Below, piece after piece: positions 13,211-27,804 of a stretch of DNA of 64,000 bases (position 1 is its first letter; each line of letters starts with the position of its first letter). The stretch comes from Tubiluchus corallicola (taxonomy: Eukaryota > Animalia > Priapulida), in assembly GCA_030141605.1 (NCBI GenBank), contig JAQGDQ010000235.1, positions 124,001 through 188,000 of the forward strand. Direction: 5' to 3'. Under the pieces are notes generated by a model. The model ran no database searches. It was given only the letters and a program-made list of their open reading frames with translations, and had not been told where the DNA came from. The translations under genes were made by a program, and so were the position numbers.

Positions 13211-16200
13211 TCAGGTGCATTCTAAGGGGTAGAGGAGACAAAGAGGACGGCGAGTAAGGCATCCACGACTCCTGATATAGGCTGCTCGTGGTTTTCCGTC
13301 TTGACCGGGGATCAGCGATTCGATCTTGCCTAGTGGCCAACGCCATCGAGGGACAGGCTTGGCATGGACGAGGATGATATCTCCTTCTTTAGGAATAGCT
13401 GGAAGTCTTGACTTGGTTCTCCATTGTCGTAATGATAGAAGGTACTCGTTCCTCCATCTGGACCAAAGATGAGTGCTGATGGCAAGAAGATGTCTCCATC
13501 TCCTCTGTAGATCTTCAGAAGGTGGTGAATCGTGGATGCTTATGTCCAGAAGTGCAGGTGGGGTAGTCCCAAAGATGAAGTGTCCTGGAGTCAAAGGCTC
13601 TTCTCCAGACAAAACGAGCGGGCGCCTATTGATGCGTTCCTCTAATTCCGTGACTACTGTGGTAAGTTCAGTCAGAGATAAGGATGTGCTGCCAAGTGTC
13701 TTGCGACAAGAGCGTTTGATAGTTCTGATGAGTCTCTCCCAGTAACCTCCCCACCAAGGTGCAGCTTCAGGGATGAAGGACCAGGACAGACGCTTCTGCA
13801 TGTGTTTCGCCAAGCTGACGAATTATCGAGCATTGTCGCTGTAGAACTGAGCGGGTCCACGGCGTGCTAAGAACCGACGAACAGCAAGTTCAGTATCCTT
13901 CTCATTGAGTGAGGTGACAACTTCCATGTGTACGGCTCTAGTGACGGCACATGTGAACAGCAGAACCCATGATTTGGTCTGGTCGCCAAGATACAATGGG
14001 CCGAAGTGATCAAGTCCGGTGTGCGCAAATGGTTTCGCCTCTGTGACTCTAAATGGTGGAAGACTGCCTTCAGTAGATGTGTATGGTCGTCCTTGAATCT
14101 TCTTGCAGGAAATGCACTTCTGAAGAATCTTCTTGACAGTCCTGTAATTCTTTGGGAGCCAGTAGGATTTGCTAACTTCTGTAGCTATGGTGGAAACGCC
14201 TTGGTGATAAAGTTTGTGATGACAATCCATGATGATAAGTGATGCAAGTGGTGAGCCAGGGTGTAACCAAGGTATCATCTGCTCACTATTTCTCGGTGTA
14301 CACATAATGAGTTGAAGAGACTCGGACCATTGCAGACGAGCATTCCAAAGTGAAGAAGAGGGAGTTACATCACCATTTTTTGCAAGCTAAGTATGTCGTC
14401 AGAGTTATAAACATTCTGACTGTCTCTGAGAAGAGCATCTATCGCCGTGACCCTCTCGTGTGGTGTAATCGGTCCACCAACGCGATTTGACCTGATGAGT
14501 CGCAAATTATGAACGAATCTAAGTACATACGAGGTGACGTTGATAGCCCTTTGAAAGGAAGACCATCTATAAACAGGAAAAAGTGGTGTCTTCTTAGAGT
14601 CTATAAGAGGAGTTGATGCAGTAAGCAAAGTGGAGGACTTCTGTTCGAAGTCAGAGTAGTCCGACTCATCCCTATAAGTGAGACGAAAAGGTGGACCATA
14701 TCTCCAAAGATCCAGGTGTTGCAAGTCTAGTAGCTCACAACCACGAGTTGGCAGGTCTGCGGGATTCTGTGAACTCGGTACATGTGACCACTCGCTGGCT
14801 TGCAAGAGTGTGTGGATTTCAGCAACTCGGTTCCTCACGAACATGTCTTTAGGCATACTTCATATCCATCCGAGTGTTACCATCGAGTCCGATTAGAAAT
14901 GTCTGCTGCATGATGATAAAACTGGTGCGTGTTGCTGTATGTAGGTCCCTAGACGTGCCCCAAGAAGAGCAGCCATCAGCTCTAAATGTGGAAGAGTAAG
15001 AGTCTGTGGTTTAAGTGGGGCTAGTTTACTCTTCGACATGAGTAAGTCTACATTAGTGTTTGTCTTGATGTACGCAACAGCTGCATAAGCGGCCTCACTG
15101 GAAGGACAAAAGATTTGAAGTTCAGAATGTGAAGTCATTGGTACGTATCTAGGAAAGTGTATCCGGGATTCGTGTTGCTGAGTCTCCTCAATGAAACAAC
15201 CCCATTGTACAGCAATACTGGAAGGCAGTTCATCTTCCCAGTCGAGAGACTCTCTCCAGAGTGACTGAAAGAGAATCCTGAGACGTATGGTGAATGGGGA
15301 AATAAATCCCAGCGGGTCGAAAATCTTTGAGATTTCGGCTAGCATTTGACGCTTGGTAATGGGAGTTTCGGATGAAAGCTTCAGGCTGGCGGCTATGGTA
15401 TCAGATCGATAGCACCAGCTGAGACCAAGAACTTTGGTAAAGTCATCAGTGTTACACTCCTACCGTTCTCTTGCAGAAGAGGAAGAAGTCTGCCAAGCAC
15501 GCAGGTTCGTACCGGCACTGGCAAAGGCTTGAACAGCTTCGGATTAGTATGGATCAATGTCGGATTTGTAGTCCCAACCGGCTACTAGATTGTCGACGTA
15601 CATGTTGTGCCTAAGAGAGGTGACTGTTGAAGTCGCAGGTAGGCTGTCCAGATGCATCGCAATTATGGCATGGAGAATGGCTGGGCTTGCAGAAAGCCCA
15701 AAGGGAAGTCTGACAAATCTGCTGACGTGCTGTTTGCTGTCCAAGGCCCAAATGAACTTGAGAAACTCTCGATCAGGAGGCGAGACCAATTTGGTGATTG
15801 CGGAAACGTACCAAAATGGCTAAAAGGTCGCTGAGCAAGTTGGGACCGGTTACAAGACAATTATTGATGCTAAGGCCAATAGTAGGCTTTGCTGAGCCGT
15901 TGAAAACAACTCGTATCTTCGTTCCTTGGATGAGACTATGATGGGGTAAGAAATTCCCACTTTCTGTGTCAGGAGAGTCTTCTATGATTCCAAGGCTATG
16001 CCTCTCTTTTAAAGAGTCTCTGTATCTATGTTGCCTTTCTAGTGGCAACCTGTAGAAGGATCGACCATGTGTCAAGGCTTGCTGTTTCGTGAACTGAGGA
16101 CGTTCGAACCCAGCCCATGGCAAAGTAGTCTTGTATCGACCATCAATGTGCTTGATCGATAAAGGAAATTCGTCCTTTTCCGAGTCAGGATAGATGTTCA

Positions 16201-17880
16201 TGGATTCCAACTGCCACCAAGATTCACAGATATTGGCATCTGCATTCCTAGACTACAGAGTGAGTACAAGACCAACTAAGGAGGACTGTTGTGACAGGGA
16301 GTTAGGAACACAACCACTCAAGGTCCAACCAAAGATGGTAGGAATCAGCATAAGAGTGGAGTATTAGGGGAAAAGGGGTGCATTAGGAGTAAAGATGTGA
16401 GGAAGGGCATCATTTCCAACCAATGTATCAATGGGTAATTGTAGTTGACTGTAGTCATCAGCATAATCTAGACCCTGTGGTAACATAGTTAAGCAAGACA
16501 ATTCAACACCCTGAAGAGCTGAACATATGATTGGAACAACCCAACAATTTATGAAATACCATTGATCATTATACATACTACGAAGTTTAAACTCATATTT
16601 CTGTCGGTTAATTGAGGAAGTATTCTTCCCACCAAAAGTTTGATCTTCAAACAACTTACGTTGAGTGGCACGTTTGCACTGAATTTGTTGACTGAGAGCT
16701 TCGCTAATGTAGGTCTCTTCAGGACAGGACCTCCTAAACAGGACGATCGATTCCATCCATGTGGACAAGAACAGTTTGTAGAACTGTGCGGTGACCGTTG
16801 CTGGTAGTTTTCACCATGCAGTTGAGTTTAGGAGGAGGCGTATCACAAACACCACCAGGAGAAATTCCGCTGAATGCACTGTTTGAAGAAACACGATGCA
16901 GCAGTGTATGGTGCAAGGAACTACATTCTTTACACACATTCTTGGATGTGCACTGTTGTAGTTGATGAGACTGCAAACAATTGAAACACAAGTGTCTGTC
17001 CTTGATGAGCTTCTGTCGAGCATCAACGGACAAGTCTAAGAGCTTCTGACAACGGAAAGGGGTTCTACATGAATCGCCACACAATAAACAAGACTTGGTG
17101 TTATTGGTGCCCCTTGTCAGAAATGTAGAACGTTTACCAGAAAACTGCTTTACAGTTGGTTGAGCAGGCTTCTCGACGAAATAGTTGACTTTACGAAGTG
17201 GCTTCACATCGAGAGAAGTGCATGGTTGTAATCGAAGAAGTGCTGACATATGTGCACTTATTAGAACTTCTTTGTGCCCAAACCGACACGTGACAGTAGC
17301 GTAGTTAGCTGAGGAAAGAGGTAACCTGGCTATGGCTGTGGCAGCCTCACCACATAGTTGTCCTTTTAAGTAAGTGAACTTCTGTACAGGTAATAACTGC
17401 TCATGAGAATGGATAGCAGCATCAAACTGTTCCCAGAACGCCAACCATTCCAAAACCTGGCCATCAAATTTTGGCAGTTTCAGCTTAGGCAAATGAGTAA
17501 AAGCAGCTGAACGAGAAAGTGAAGTGTCAGAGAGAGTGTCAGCTCGATGGGAGCCTGCAGCAGGACCTGTGGTAGGATGGTCTGCTGCAGAAGCAGGGCC
17601 AAGAAACTGATTGGCACGATGTACTTCACGTGTAACACACAATTTATACTCATCAACAGATTCGACTTCCTCATCAAGTGACTCCTGTTCGGCATCAACG
17701 TCTAACAACTGTGACAAGATGTTGTTGTCTGCTTCAACAGATGCTCTGTTCTTTCAGTAACAAGTGATAAGAGAAGGCTTACCTCTTCCTTCCTTGGAAT
17801 TTCTCGATTTAGTTTGTCAGATAATAAGTTGGTAGCATTGGTAACTGAAGATCTTAAAGCTCGTCAAACTCGTTTAGTTT
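13211..17880 (-). pseudogene. BEL-1 gag-pol, disrupted by many stops and frameshifts
   Basis: LPKLKLPKFDG...FWEQF (DUF1759-like); CFNCLQSH...CKECSSLHHTLLH; RLPFGLSASP...YVDN (RT); SEAAYAAVAY...SKSKLAP (RNase H); GLDHFGP, SDNA and APWWGGYWERLI (integrase); RWRWPLGKI. Confidence 0.93.
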
Positions 17881-17956
17881 TCTCCACTTGCTCTGTCATG
17901 TTGACAACAGAAGTAGAAGTGCTGTGTTGTTATCCCTGTGTGCTGTCTGGGCTCAC

Positions 17957-17974
17957 ATCCGGCTCGAAGGACCA
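17957..17974 (-). promoter_or_regulatory. Primer binding site, tRNA-Tyr
   Basis: Minus strand TGGTCCTTCGAGCCGGAT lies 2 nt inside the 5' LTR boundary and is complementary to the metazoan tRNA-Tyr 3' end (ATCCGGCTCGAAGGACCA). Confidence 0.9.
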
Positions 17975-17976
17975 TA

Positions 17977-18423
17977 TGTGACAGTCATGTTTGAGGTTGT
18001 AGATGAACCACTTTGTAGAAAAAGAATAAACAACTATACTACATATTTGCACAAAACTGAAAAGCATTTATTATACACATATGTAGAATGACTGCTACAC
18101 TGAACACTTAGAACAAGAGTGTCCTGCACTGATCACTGAGAATTAGACAGTAAGTAACATGAGTATCACGACTGTTGCACTGCACTGAGAGTGTGAGTTA
18201 GACAGGTGTGTAGCACGACTAGCATGACTTCTGCACTGCATTGAGAGTGAGACAGTGCAAACTTGGCTTCACAAAAACCGTTACTGTAAAATAGGGAGAG
18301 ATCTAGTGAATATGTATATTCACTGGACCGTACAATTATACTAGGGGTGAGTTTAGCTAGTAAAATGTAAAAGGATTAGTTAATAGATGCAGCACCTAAA
18401 AATATACACTTACAATTTCCACA
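17977..18423 (-). repeat. BEL-1 5' LTR
   Basis: tgtgacagtc...tttccaca, followed by the TSD acgtt. Confidence 0.95.
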
Positions 18424-18449
18424 ACGTTTCTTACTGAAATCCTTAGAAC

Positions 18450-19160
18450 TAAAATGCTATTTAAGAACAACTGGTCTGTATTCACTATGGTGTAAAGATT
18501 ACTTTTGCAAAATTTCATTGTTGAGCTCAGAATGTGTTAATTTAATGAGTTAATGAGCTCAATTTAATTTGGGGGTACAACTTTTTGTGCACCATCTATG
18601 TAATTTATAAAACTGAAAACTTAAGAGGCACCAATATGTGACCTTCGTGATGAAATTCAACTTCTAAGAGCAACTAATCTTAAACAGTGTAAGGTTACAT
18701 TGTGGTGCTCAAAATGTGATTTAAATTGATTTTGGTGCACCCCTTACATAACGCACCGATTTGATCCACGATTAAATTCATCATTTAAGAGCCACTGATC
18801 TTTATTTAGGAGGTAGAAATGAAAATTTTTGCAAAGTACCACTAATGTACTGAAAGTGTGATTTAAATTGAGTTTGCGGTACTTTAATTAGGGTGCCATT
18901 ATATAACACACCAATTTGAATATGTAAAATTGACAAATAAGTGATCTCAATGACAAAATTCATCATTTAAGAACTACTGATCTTTATTCAGTAAAGATTA
19001 AAGAACATTTTTGCAAAGTTTCAATGATGTGCTGAAAGTGTGTTTTAAATTTTTTTGAGGTACTTTAAGGGCACCCCTATATAATGCATCAACTTGAAAA
19101 CTTAAAAATGATCATTACGTGATATATACGTGATCATTTTCATCATTTAGGAGCACCCTG
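18450..19160. repeat. Degenerate tandem repeats (~120-185 bp period)
   Basis: Recurrent aaattcatcatttaagagc.actgatctt, ttttgcaaag and gaaagtgtgatttaaattg motifs. Confidence 0.55.
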
Positions 19161-19878
19161 TAAAATCTGCTCCAATAAAAGAACTTAAGAGTAACCAAGA
19201 AATGATTTCCAACAGACTACTAATGTGTTCTAGTACTTAAACTGCTTGTATGCCAGATGTCATATAAACTTTAATCAGCACCCGCAGTAACAATATGTGG
19301 GTAAGAAATTGTCAGTTCTTGCACTTGGCTGAAAAAGGGGATTTGGATGTGGAAAATGTTTTTCTAAAAACTTAAAATGAGGAAGTCGGAAAAACATATA
19401 TTTTTCCAGTATTGGGGCAGTGATTTTAAATGATACAGTATCGAATTGATAGTTATTGATACAATTTCTTATCATATCGAATCGACACGAAAATTTTCCC
19501 ACTTTTGTTATCTTACCGATCTTCCAAATAAAAAATCGTTATCGTACCGATAAAATTGCATATTGCAATCGTACTCGTTGTGCCATATTCGACAATTTGC
19601 AAGGAGTTGTCGCCAACACGTTTGAAAAACAAAAGTGCACTCCAAGGTTGCACATGATAGCGTCTATGCAAAAGCGAGTTTTTTGCATGTATTTTTACGG
19701 AATTATTATTATGGTGAAATTCTTCTAGTTTTTTTTTATTCTGATTCTGATTCTGATAACATTAGTTTATTAATTTTTGTGAAATGTAGAGCAAGAATTT
19801 TTTCTAAAAGTTTTATACAACTAAATAAATATTATTTCTGTTCTATTTGTATTGTTACTAGTATTTGTATATATATAT

Positions 19879-19916
<38 letters not shown>

Positions 19917-22028
19917 TATTGGTAATAGTATAATTATAATGTTATAATAGTATATAAACAAATGTAGTTGAAAATCGTTTTGTATCGTTTTAAAAAATGT
20001 ATCAAATCGCATCATATCGCTAATCTTTTTCTTATATTGAAATGGAGGTGAACTAAAACTGTATCGCATCGAATTGAAAACAATTGTGACCTGAATTGAC
20101 ATTGTGAGACACCAGCTGAAATTGCTGTAAAAGAAGGCCTACCAATTGTAGACCCTATTGTTCAACACCCAGATATCCTAAAGTAGGCCTGCACCAAATT
20201 CTAGAAGGCTGAAATATACAATGACAGCCACTTTACTTGGTAGATGGTAATGACCAAATACCAAAAAGTAGGATCAAAACCAGAACAAGAATAGAGAAAA
20301 TAAAATACCTGGAATAACAATGACAGATGAGCAAAGACATAATGACTAATTACCAGATGCCTTAAAAATAGGAATGGCCGAATTTGGGACCGCCATATCC
20401 CAATCTGTTTCTATTATCACTGAAACCATTTTTTTCATATTAGGTACTAGTTGAAGTGTCTATTGTTATATATTTCAAACTTTTATAAAATTTACAACAA
20501 TTTATAAAGCTTATTAATATTTGAAATATATCTTCTGCCTAATTAATTTGTACTGTGTATACTAATTAAGTATACTGTACATATATTGTTCAGTTATGTA
20601 CTGTGAAAAACAAGATGACAACTAACAAGACTATACACCATTATTTCTAACCGCAGAATTAGTTTAAATCATTATAAACTAAAAAAAACTAAAAATATAG
20701 ATTGTGTTTAGAAAAAAGTAATAACAAAAGTTATAACAATAACGAACTTAACCACCATAATAATAATAGTTTTTCAATAATTCTAAGTTTTAACTGCTGT
20801 AGCTGGCAGTCACATAAAATGTATCACTGCTTAAGTAACTCAACTAAGTTATTAACTAATGTCCAACTAAAAAGTTATGGTACTTATAAATGCATTATTA
20901 AGCTTTCTTTGGCTGCTGTTTATAGTTTATAATATTTGTAGTGTCTTTACTGTAGTGGTGTTAATACAGGAAAAATTTTGAAAACACAAATAAATATACA
21001 ACGTTAGGCTTAAGGTGTTGAGGCCTGGAAGTAATACGAAATATCCATAAAAATTATAAAATTTGTAAGGGAAACCACTGTTTGTATGTTGAATTACAAA
21101 GTGCAACACATATTACACATTGTTTTAACTGAAATAACACAATTCTAGCATCCCACTATTTTGTGTTAGAAACTTGAGATCTTTTTTCGATTTGTGACTT
21201 TCAACTTTCCAAACTTGACTTTTATGTAATTCGCGAGTCTCAGGCTGACTGTCGATAGCTGACAGTTAGAACAGTATGTAGCGTGCCTCGTTCCTCCCAG
21301 TCACTTCATTCAGCTCGCAAGTTGAGAATTATTACTGAGTGACAACCAACATGCACTTTGTAATTGCAATAACAAATGATTTTTCGTTTTTTCTATTTCT
21401 AAAACAATTCTCTATTTCACGTTTTTGCACTTACTGCTTTCCCATTTTTCCAGTTGCTTATATTTAACCGCTTGGAGCAAAACAATCAGGGGCTCTTGCT
21501 CTTTTCAGGTGATGTCCTTCGTTGGTCTACTGAAGGACATTCTCTGATAGCACTTACTTGTCATTGTAATTACAGATATTCATGTAGCCTTTATATTTGA
21601 ACTTGCGCAACTGTTTATGGTGTAATACATTTTATGTAATACTGTAATTGTATTTTTTATTTGGAGGTTTTTGTTACATAAAAGCAGGCTCTGTAATGTG
21701 TGTGATATGCGATAAGTTAACCACTCACGAAAGGATACATGTTTTTCAGAAGAGAATAACAATTTTTTTAACTCCGAGCCCCTAAAATCTGCCAGCCTGG
21801 GCCTATAGGCTACAGCATAGTTTTGCGTATTGATAAATATGCCCCTACTTGATTGGAGTTTGTGGTAATTAATCATGTCTTTGCTTTTTATATGACCACC
21901 AACAAAGTAAGTATAGTGCATTAATTAGAAATTGATAATTTTGTTCCTCGCAAGCAAGGCAGGTTATAAGTTATATTCATAGTTCTGGTATTTTACGTCT
22001 GTAAAATGATGATCAATTTTGCCTGCAG

Positions 22029-22190
22029 GCTCGGAAGCATTCACTTCAATTTGTGGTGGTAAAATGCCTCTTATGGCTACTGATACACAGCCTATAGAAT
22101 GTCGGCCTTTTAATCCATGCCCAGAAAGTGACGCTGGTACCGTCTGTGTATTTGAAAAAGGCAAGTCTGCTGGCATCTGTTGTCTAAGAG
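22029..22190 (+). CDS. Host gene exon: Lustrin/WR1-like cysteine-rich repeat
   Basis: ctgcag|gc...agag|gtaggt, 162 bp, phase 1-1. SICGGKMPLMATDTQPIECRPFNPCPESDAGTVCVFEKGKSAGICCLR has the pattern C..G.P....C....CP....C....G.CC. Confidence 0.85.
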
Positions 22191-22379
22191 GTAGGTATTT
22201 ATATTGTTTTTTTTAATAATTATTGTTTGATTCTTGAAGTTACTTATGTTATAGATCATTTTTCTTCCACTTAGGTACTTATATATATATTTATATGTTT
22301 ATTGACTGATTAAGAGATAGTCGAACATGATATTTTGGTTCAGTCCATAGTTCTCTACAAAAAAGGACTTTTGATCAAT

Positions 22380-24300
22380 AGCATGATCATTACTGTCCAA
22401 AAACAGCTCAGGGGTTATTTACAAATTCACAATATACGCTTTTAATCACATAACATGATCATTACCATCCAAAAATCGGTAAAGAGTTATTTACAAATTT
22501 ACAATATGACATTGGGTTTTCATTGAAAAATTCATGCAGATTGTTAAATTTCAGTTCAGTGTTATCTTCACGAAGGTGATTCATAAGTGGACAAAAACAG
22601 ATAACATGCACTATCTAAATGTTTGAATGTTTAAGCCAGGACAGGAGCATAACCTGTCGTCTCTTTTTATCTTTGCCCATCTTCCAGTCTCAATAGCTAG
22701 GTTATGTGAGGAGAGGCGTAACCGAGATGTTTTAATCCTGAGGAGCTCATTTACTTTAACACTATACATTGCACTGACAGATAGTTCTGGATTCAGATAC
22801 AGATAGGTGCACAGTTTAGTTCTTTCAGAATCCCTGACACGTTGTTTTGTGTTCTCGAACTCGTCAGAGATAATATCCGTTTTACGAAGGATAGCTTTCA
22901 CATATTGTACACATGGTGTGTTCGCTTCTGAGCACAAATTCCACACGATTGAAAATGGGTCATCGGGATCGTTGGTTCTCGATTCGATTATCCTTTTAAA
23001 GAACTTTGATTGAACGTTTTGAACGTACGCTTTGGCACAAGGTAATCCTAGCTCGACTAAACATAAGTCATTAGCGGTTGTCTTCCTGACATTGATATTC
23101 CAATGAATAATCTTAAATTCAGTTCAACTATCTCATAAAAAAGAAAGGGTTCTCCAACTATCAATGACGCTACCGTTTTGCAGTATTTGTCGCTTTTTCC
23201 TATCAAATACTATGTGACATCCAGCATTTTCAGCCTTATCTCGTTTTTCGGCATCAAACAAGCATTTCCACTCCTTTCAGATCGCGGGACGGGAATCGAT
23301 TGCGTCAAATAGCTTTCAATTTGGGATCAGCACTACCATTAAGCTTAGGAGCTTTCTTCATAAGCTTCTCACGACGATCATTTATGTCAAGCAACCAATA
23401 TGGGCCGGTTGCGACCGACAGTTTCCGCTCCAAGCCTCTTGAAAGTGTGAGAGACTACTACTTCATGATGCCCAAAGTCAAAAAATTCATGTCTGAGTAG
23501 ATTTATTACGTTTTACCTGTAAGAAAAATCATAATAAAATAGAACAAACTAATTTGAGCCCAAAAAAACAAAGAAATTAATAATAAAGTCAGACTGAACA
23601 ATCAAAATAAACTTACATCATGGCTCTACTACTCTTGACAAATAAATGGTTTAACTGAGACATAACAACAACAACAACTCTCTTAGCCAAGAACAGACTG
23701 CCAACTAAGCTAGTTGGTAAACTAGCTCTGTCAGTAGAGCATGACAGAAAGAAGCCAAGTCAAGACATACATATGAATGCAGTTAAAGGACAGTATAGGG
23801 GGGTTTACAGAATAAGAGAACACTGAAGTAATAAAATAACCTAAAATCCTTCACAAAAGTCTAATCATCAGGGGTTTCATCCAGTGCGTCAAACACGGCG
23901 TTCACCTTGTCTGAGTCAGCACTATATGTTCCAATGTTTTCTTTTTTGGGAACACCCATCAAAACAAGGTTCTGGCTGCATAACCGACTATCTAATTGTT
24001 CAAGGAACCTTTGTGGAGTATTAACTGTAGTCCTAAGAGCATCAATTTCGTTCTGCATAAGCTTCCTCTTTCTCATTGATTTTGTCAATCAATTCAGATT
24101 CCAGTTTGTCAGTCCGAGTCAAAATCGCACCACTACTGTCATCAGGGCTGTTCATTAAAATATCAGTTATTGTTGATTTGTTAATTGTGTTCATCTGTGT
24201 CTTCGACAGAGCACGTAATGCAGCTGAAGTTGTGGGTAAAGACATTTTGTACGTCTGCAATAGTATGCTATTCGGCCTATTAAAGGCCTTTCTGCTCTAG
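22380..24300 (-). mobile_element. Internally deleted non-LTR retrotransposon (RTEX-like): ORF1 remnant plus ORF2 C-terminus
   Basis: ORF1-like QRFLEQLDSRLCSQNLVLMGVP at 23861-24260. ORF2 end TSRLRLSSHNLAIETGRWAKIKRDDRLCSC at 22611-22946. The RT core is absent. A short duplication lies at the 3' end (22382-22508). The clade assignment is from memory. Confidence 0.7.
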
Positions 24301-24991
24301 TTAATTACCTTGTCCAACAACTCTGCAACCGTATTGCTCTTGTCGAACTACACAATGTACTCTGATATATCAGAAAGTTGTTGATGACTAATATCACAAT
24401 AATTAATAACCTGATAAGATTTTTAGTATCAAAATTGTTTTCTTCACACATTAATTCACCATAATGAATACTTTTTGATACTTTGTCAGTTGATTTACAC
24501 TTTAAAATTATACAAAAACTGGGAGCGTTGAAAAACATAACAAGCTATAACCACTCAACCAAGATACAACGCCTTACAAAAGCTGCTGGATAATCTGCCA
24601 GGAATACGGGCTGATTTGTGGCCTGCTGGATGTTGTGCAGTCATAGATAATTGGTAGTCATCCACCCATTGGTAGTTTTAATTGATACCAGTTACACCTG
24701 AGCCAGTAGGATTAGTCTCGAGATTTGTGGTATGGGGTAACTTTGGTAGATGGTGATGGTCAAGCTGAAAGGTCGTCCCAAGAGTATATCTAAAACAACA
24801 GAAATGGTTATAAACTTCAGTAGCTGCGATGACAGGCATTGTAAGAGAATCTGAGTCGGCTCAATATGAGAAACAAAGGCACTTATCACCGACTGACATT
24901 TACAAAATACCACTCCCCCCCTATAAAGAGAGAGGGATGCATTCAGGATTCAAATAGTTGTAAGTGTAATGAACACAAGATTTTAAATATA

Positions 24992-25422
24992 CAGTGTTCT
25001 CTCACTTATCGCGGGTGTTCTGTTCCAGGCCCCCCGCGATAAGTGAATTAGGGATGCTATACCCATTTTAGTAGTTATACATTACTATTTATATTTAGTA
25101 GTTAGTATTATATATTAGTAGTTATATTTTAAGTCTTTATAAACCCTCCCCACACTCTTATAGATAACCCTTTCATTCCCTAACTTATACATTCCTTTAA
25201 TAACTTTTCCCATACTGTACATGTACCTTTTCAAAAACTTCATTTAAATGTTCATAAAAATGTTTTGAACTTTTAAACCTAGATACGTAATTTTGACGGA
25301 GTATCGCAAAAACCCTCGAAATAGGGAAAATGCCGCGATAAATATTTTACATTAATATTTTTGAAAACCCGAGAAAGAGCGAAACTGCGATAAACGAACC
25401 GCGAAGTAGTGAGGGAACACTG
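24992..25422. mobile_element. Tc1/mariner (pogo/Tigger-like) MITE
   Basis: TA|cagtgttctctcacttatcgcgg ... ccgcgaagtagtgagggaacactg|TA: imperfect ~24-bp TIRs, TA target duplication, no ORF. Confidence 0.85.
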
Positions 25423-26470
25423 TACGGCTTCTCGAATAATTGGCATATTCAGCTACTCCATAATTTCATTCAGAATTGAGTAAGTGTTTCGTGGTCCTTG
25501 TGGCCGGGCTTTTTATGTAGGGCTAGGCATTATAGTTTGGGATTTTCGTCTTACTGAATGACCCTCAATGCATTCCTATCGAATTGTCAGCATACTTCCT
25601 ATAATGCATCATTGTATGGTTTCTTGCATAACTGGCTTACCACACTGATTGCAAAATTTAAATAACCCTAACAATTTTTTTAAGTATATGGGGAAATAGT
25701 CATTCATCATGTGATCTGAAAGCAATTCTTGTCTGTCTTAAAACGATCATTCAGCAAATTTAGCATCTGTCGCAAAATAAGATGCCTTGACAGACTCGTC
25801 AATTTCTGATTCGTAGAAAATGTTTTTCAAATCCTCATACTCAGTGTCAGATCATGATCAGTCAGAATTACAGGACTCTTAAAATGATGCTGATTATGGA
25901 CCATAGTAGCAGAACAATCAGATGTCATTCGTGCTTTAGTAAGAACTTGCAGCTCTTCACTTGGTGCAAATGCTTGTGATTCTAGAGAGTATGCATGTGC
26001 CTCACCTAAGTTTATAGAAGGAACCCCACAAGTCTCACTTTCCTTTTTCTTTCAAACCTCACACTTTTAATCCAGACAATATACCTTCCTGTGGCTTATA
26101 ATTCTGTCTTGGTGTCTAGTTTCTTTCCCCACAATCAAGCGTATTTGTATCCACAGTTCTGTTACAAGTTTCTCCTTCAGAAAATCGAAAAATGATAAGT
26201 CTTTATTGTTTGTTTTATTAAACCAACAAAAGGCAATTTGACAATGGGGCTTTTTTATTAAGTGTTATTTTTAACCAGAAGACATTAAGTGTAGTAAGAA
26301 AAAAGTGTTGCGCAAGATACCACTAATGTCACAGCAATATTTTCGTAGGCTGAACTTGGTTATTAATCTTTTTCAATGAATGAATGCAGTGTTTTGACCT
26401 TAACCATTAGGAAAGCCTTTATTGTTGTTTTAAGCTGGTTTTTATAATAGGGGGTTTATTAATATATCCA

Positions 26471-26526
<56 letters not shown>

Positions 26527-27641
26527 ATAACATAACTATATATAATTATAATAATAATAATTTATATAACACAGAATACAGAACACAGAAATACAAAAAA
26601 ATTCTGCATTTGCGTCTTGGATTAATCAGATTTGCAAATATAAATGAATGTTTATTTGTGCAGTGCAAAATTCTCTATATGGAGAACGTATCATTTTACG
26701 TTATAGCTCTCTTTTCATATTAAACTAATTATAAATTGCTTCCAGAGTTTTTTAATAATCCATTAAAATTTAATTGGAAGCATTATAATACTGTTTTTTT
26801 AGGTTATGTTCGTATTAATGTTGCTGATCATTTTGTTATATTTTTACGATTTTACGGGCCCCTCATTTGGAATTATCTGCCTGACAACATTAAAAATCAA
26901 TGTAATGCTTTCAAGTTTAGAAAAAGGTCAAAAGATTTCATATTAGAACATAACTGTAACGTACACCATATGTAATTGTTTTCGTAATAGATCATTTCAT
27001 GTAATGTGAAGTGTAAGTCTAGAAGAAGCAGCAGCATGAAGAAAAATAAGTTGCAAAAGTAAGAAAAAGTAAATTCGTTTTGGTACCTTTGAGTGTTTCT
27101 GCTTGCATCTTGCTCTGTAGGTTGCTATAGCTTGTTAATATTATTAAAATGTTAACATAAATTTAATCCCTACATTTTGTCACTCTCTATTGTTTCTCAC
27201 CATATCTCCACTCTCATTACCTTACCGGTTTTTCTTCCTTCTTCCTTTCAGCTTCCACACACCTGATATTTCATATTGCCTGTTCGGCTCATTTCTTACA
27301 GGTTTACCTTCCAATTTGAACCGATTATCGTCTGCATTAATGGTTTCACTCTATGTGATGTTATATCTATTTTTCTTAAGTTAATTTTATGTTGTACATT
27401 TTTGTTTAAGATATTGTTAAATTGTTCTCGTTACAGTTGTTGTTGCTGCTGTTTTTGTTTTGTTGGATCATTTTCTATTTTTCCTTTATTTTCCTTAATT
27501 ACACCAGGACGAACAGTTTTTCTAGCAGTGGTACACAAGCAGTGTTGTACTAAACAATGCTGCTTAAATCTTCTTATTAATCATTATTAACCTATTATTA
27601 AGCATAGCAGAGTATGCTTCATAAAGTTTAATCTTTTTCAG

Positions 27642-27773
27642 ATGTTTGTAACTGTTCGCTGGAGAAAGACCCAGTGTGTTCAACGGCTGGGAAATTTAAC
27701 AACCTGTGTCTACTAGAATGTGCAGCCAAAACAAATCCGGAAATAAAACTCCTGAACCACACTCGTTGTTTCG
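27642..27773 (+). CDS. Host gene exon: Kazal domain (P1 = Leu), absent from the ORF track
   Basis: ttttcag|at...ttcg|gtaaaa, 132 bp, phase 1-1. Translates as DVCNCSLEKDPVCSTAGKFNNLCLLECAAKTNPEIKLLNHTRCF. Confidence 0.88.
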
Positions 27774-27804
27774 GTAAAATCTTGTGACCAATAAATTTGA
27801 TTTA

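Larger units (their letters stand above)
12614..18423 (-). mobile_element. Full-length but decayed BEL/Pao LTR retrotransposon (BEL-1)
   Basis: TG...CA LTRs at 12614-13108 and 17977-18423. 5-bp TSD acgtt at 12609-12613 and 18424-18428. PBS and PPT are present. The fragmented gag-pol has order Gag-PR-RT-RH-IN. Confidence 0.96.

Noticed and set aside
19400-20100. Region rich in atcg/cgat motifs, possible non-autonomous DNA transposon
   Set aside because: I could not define TIRs or a TSD.
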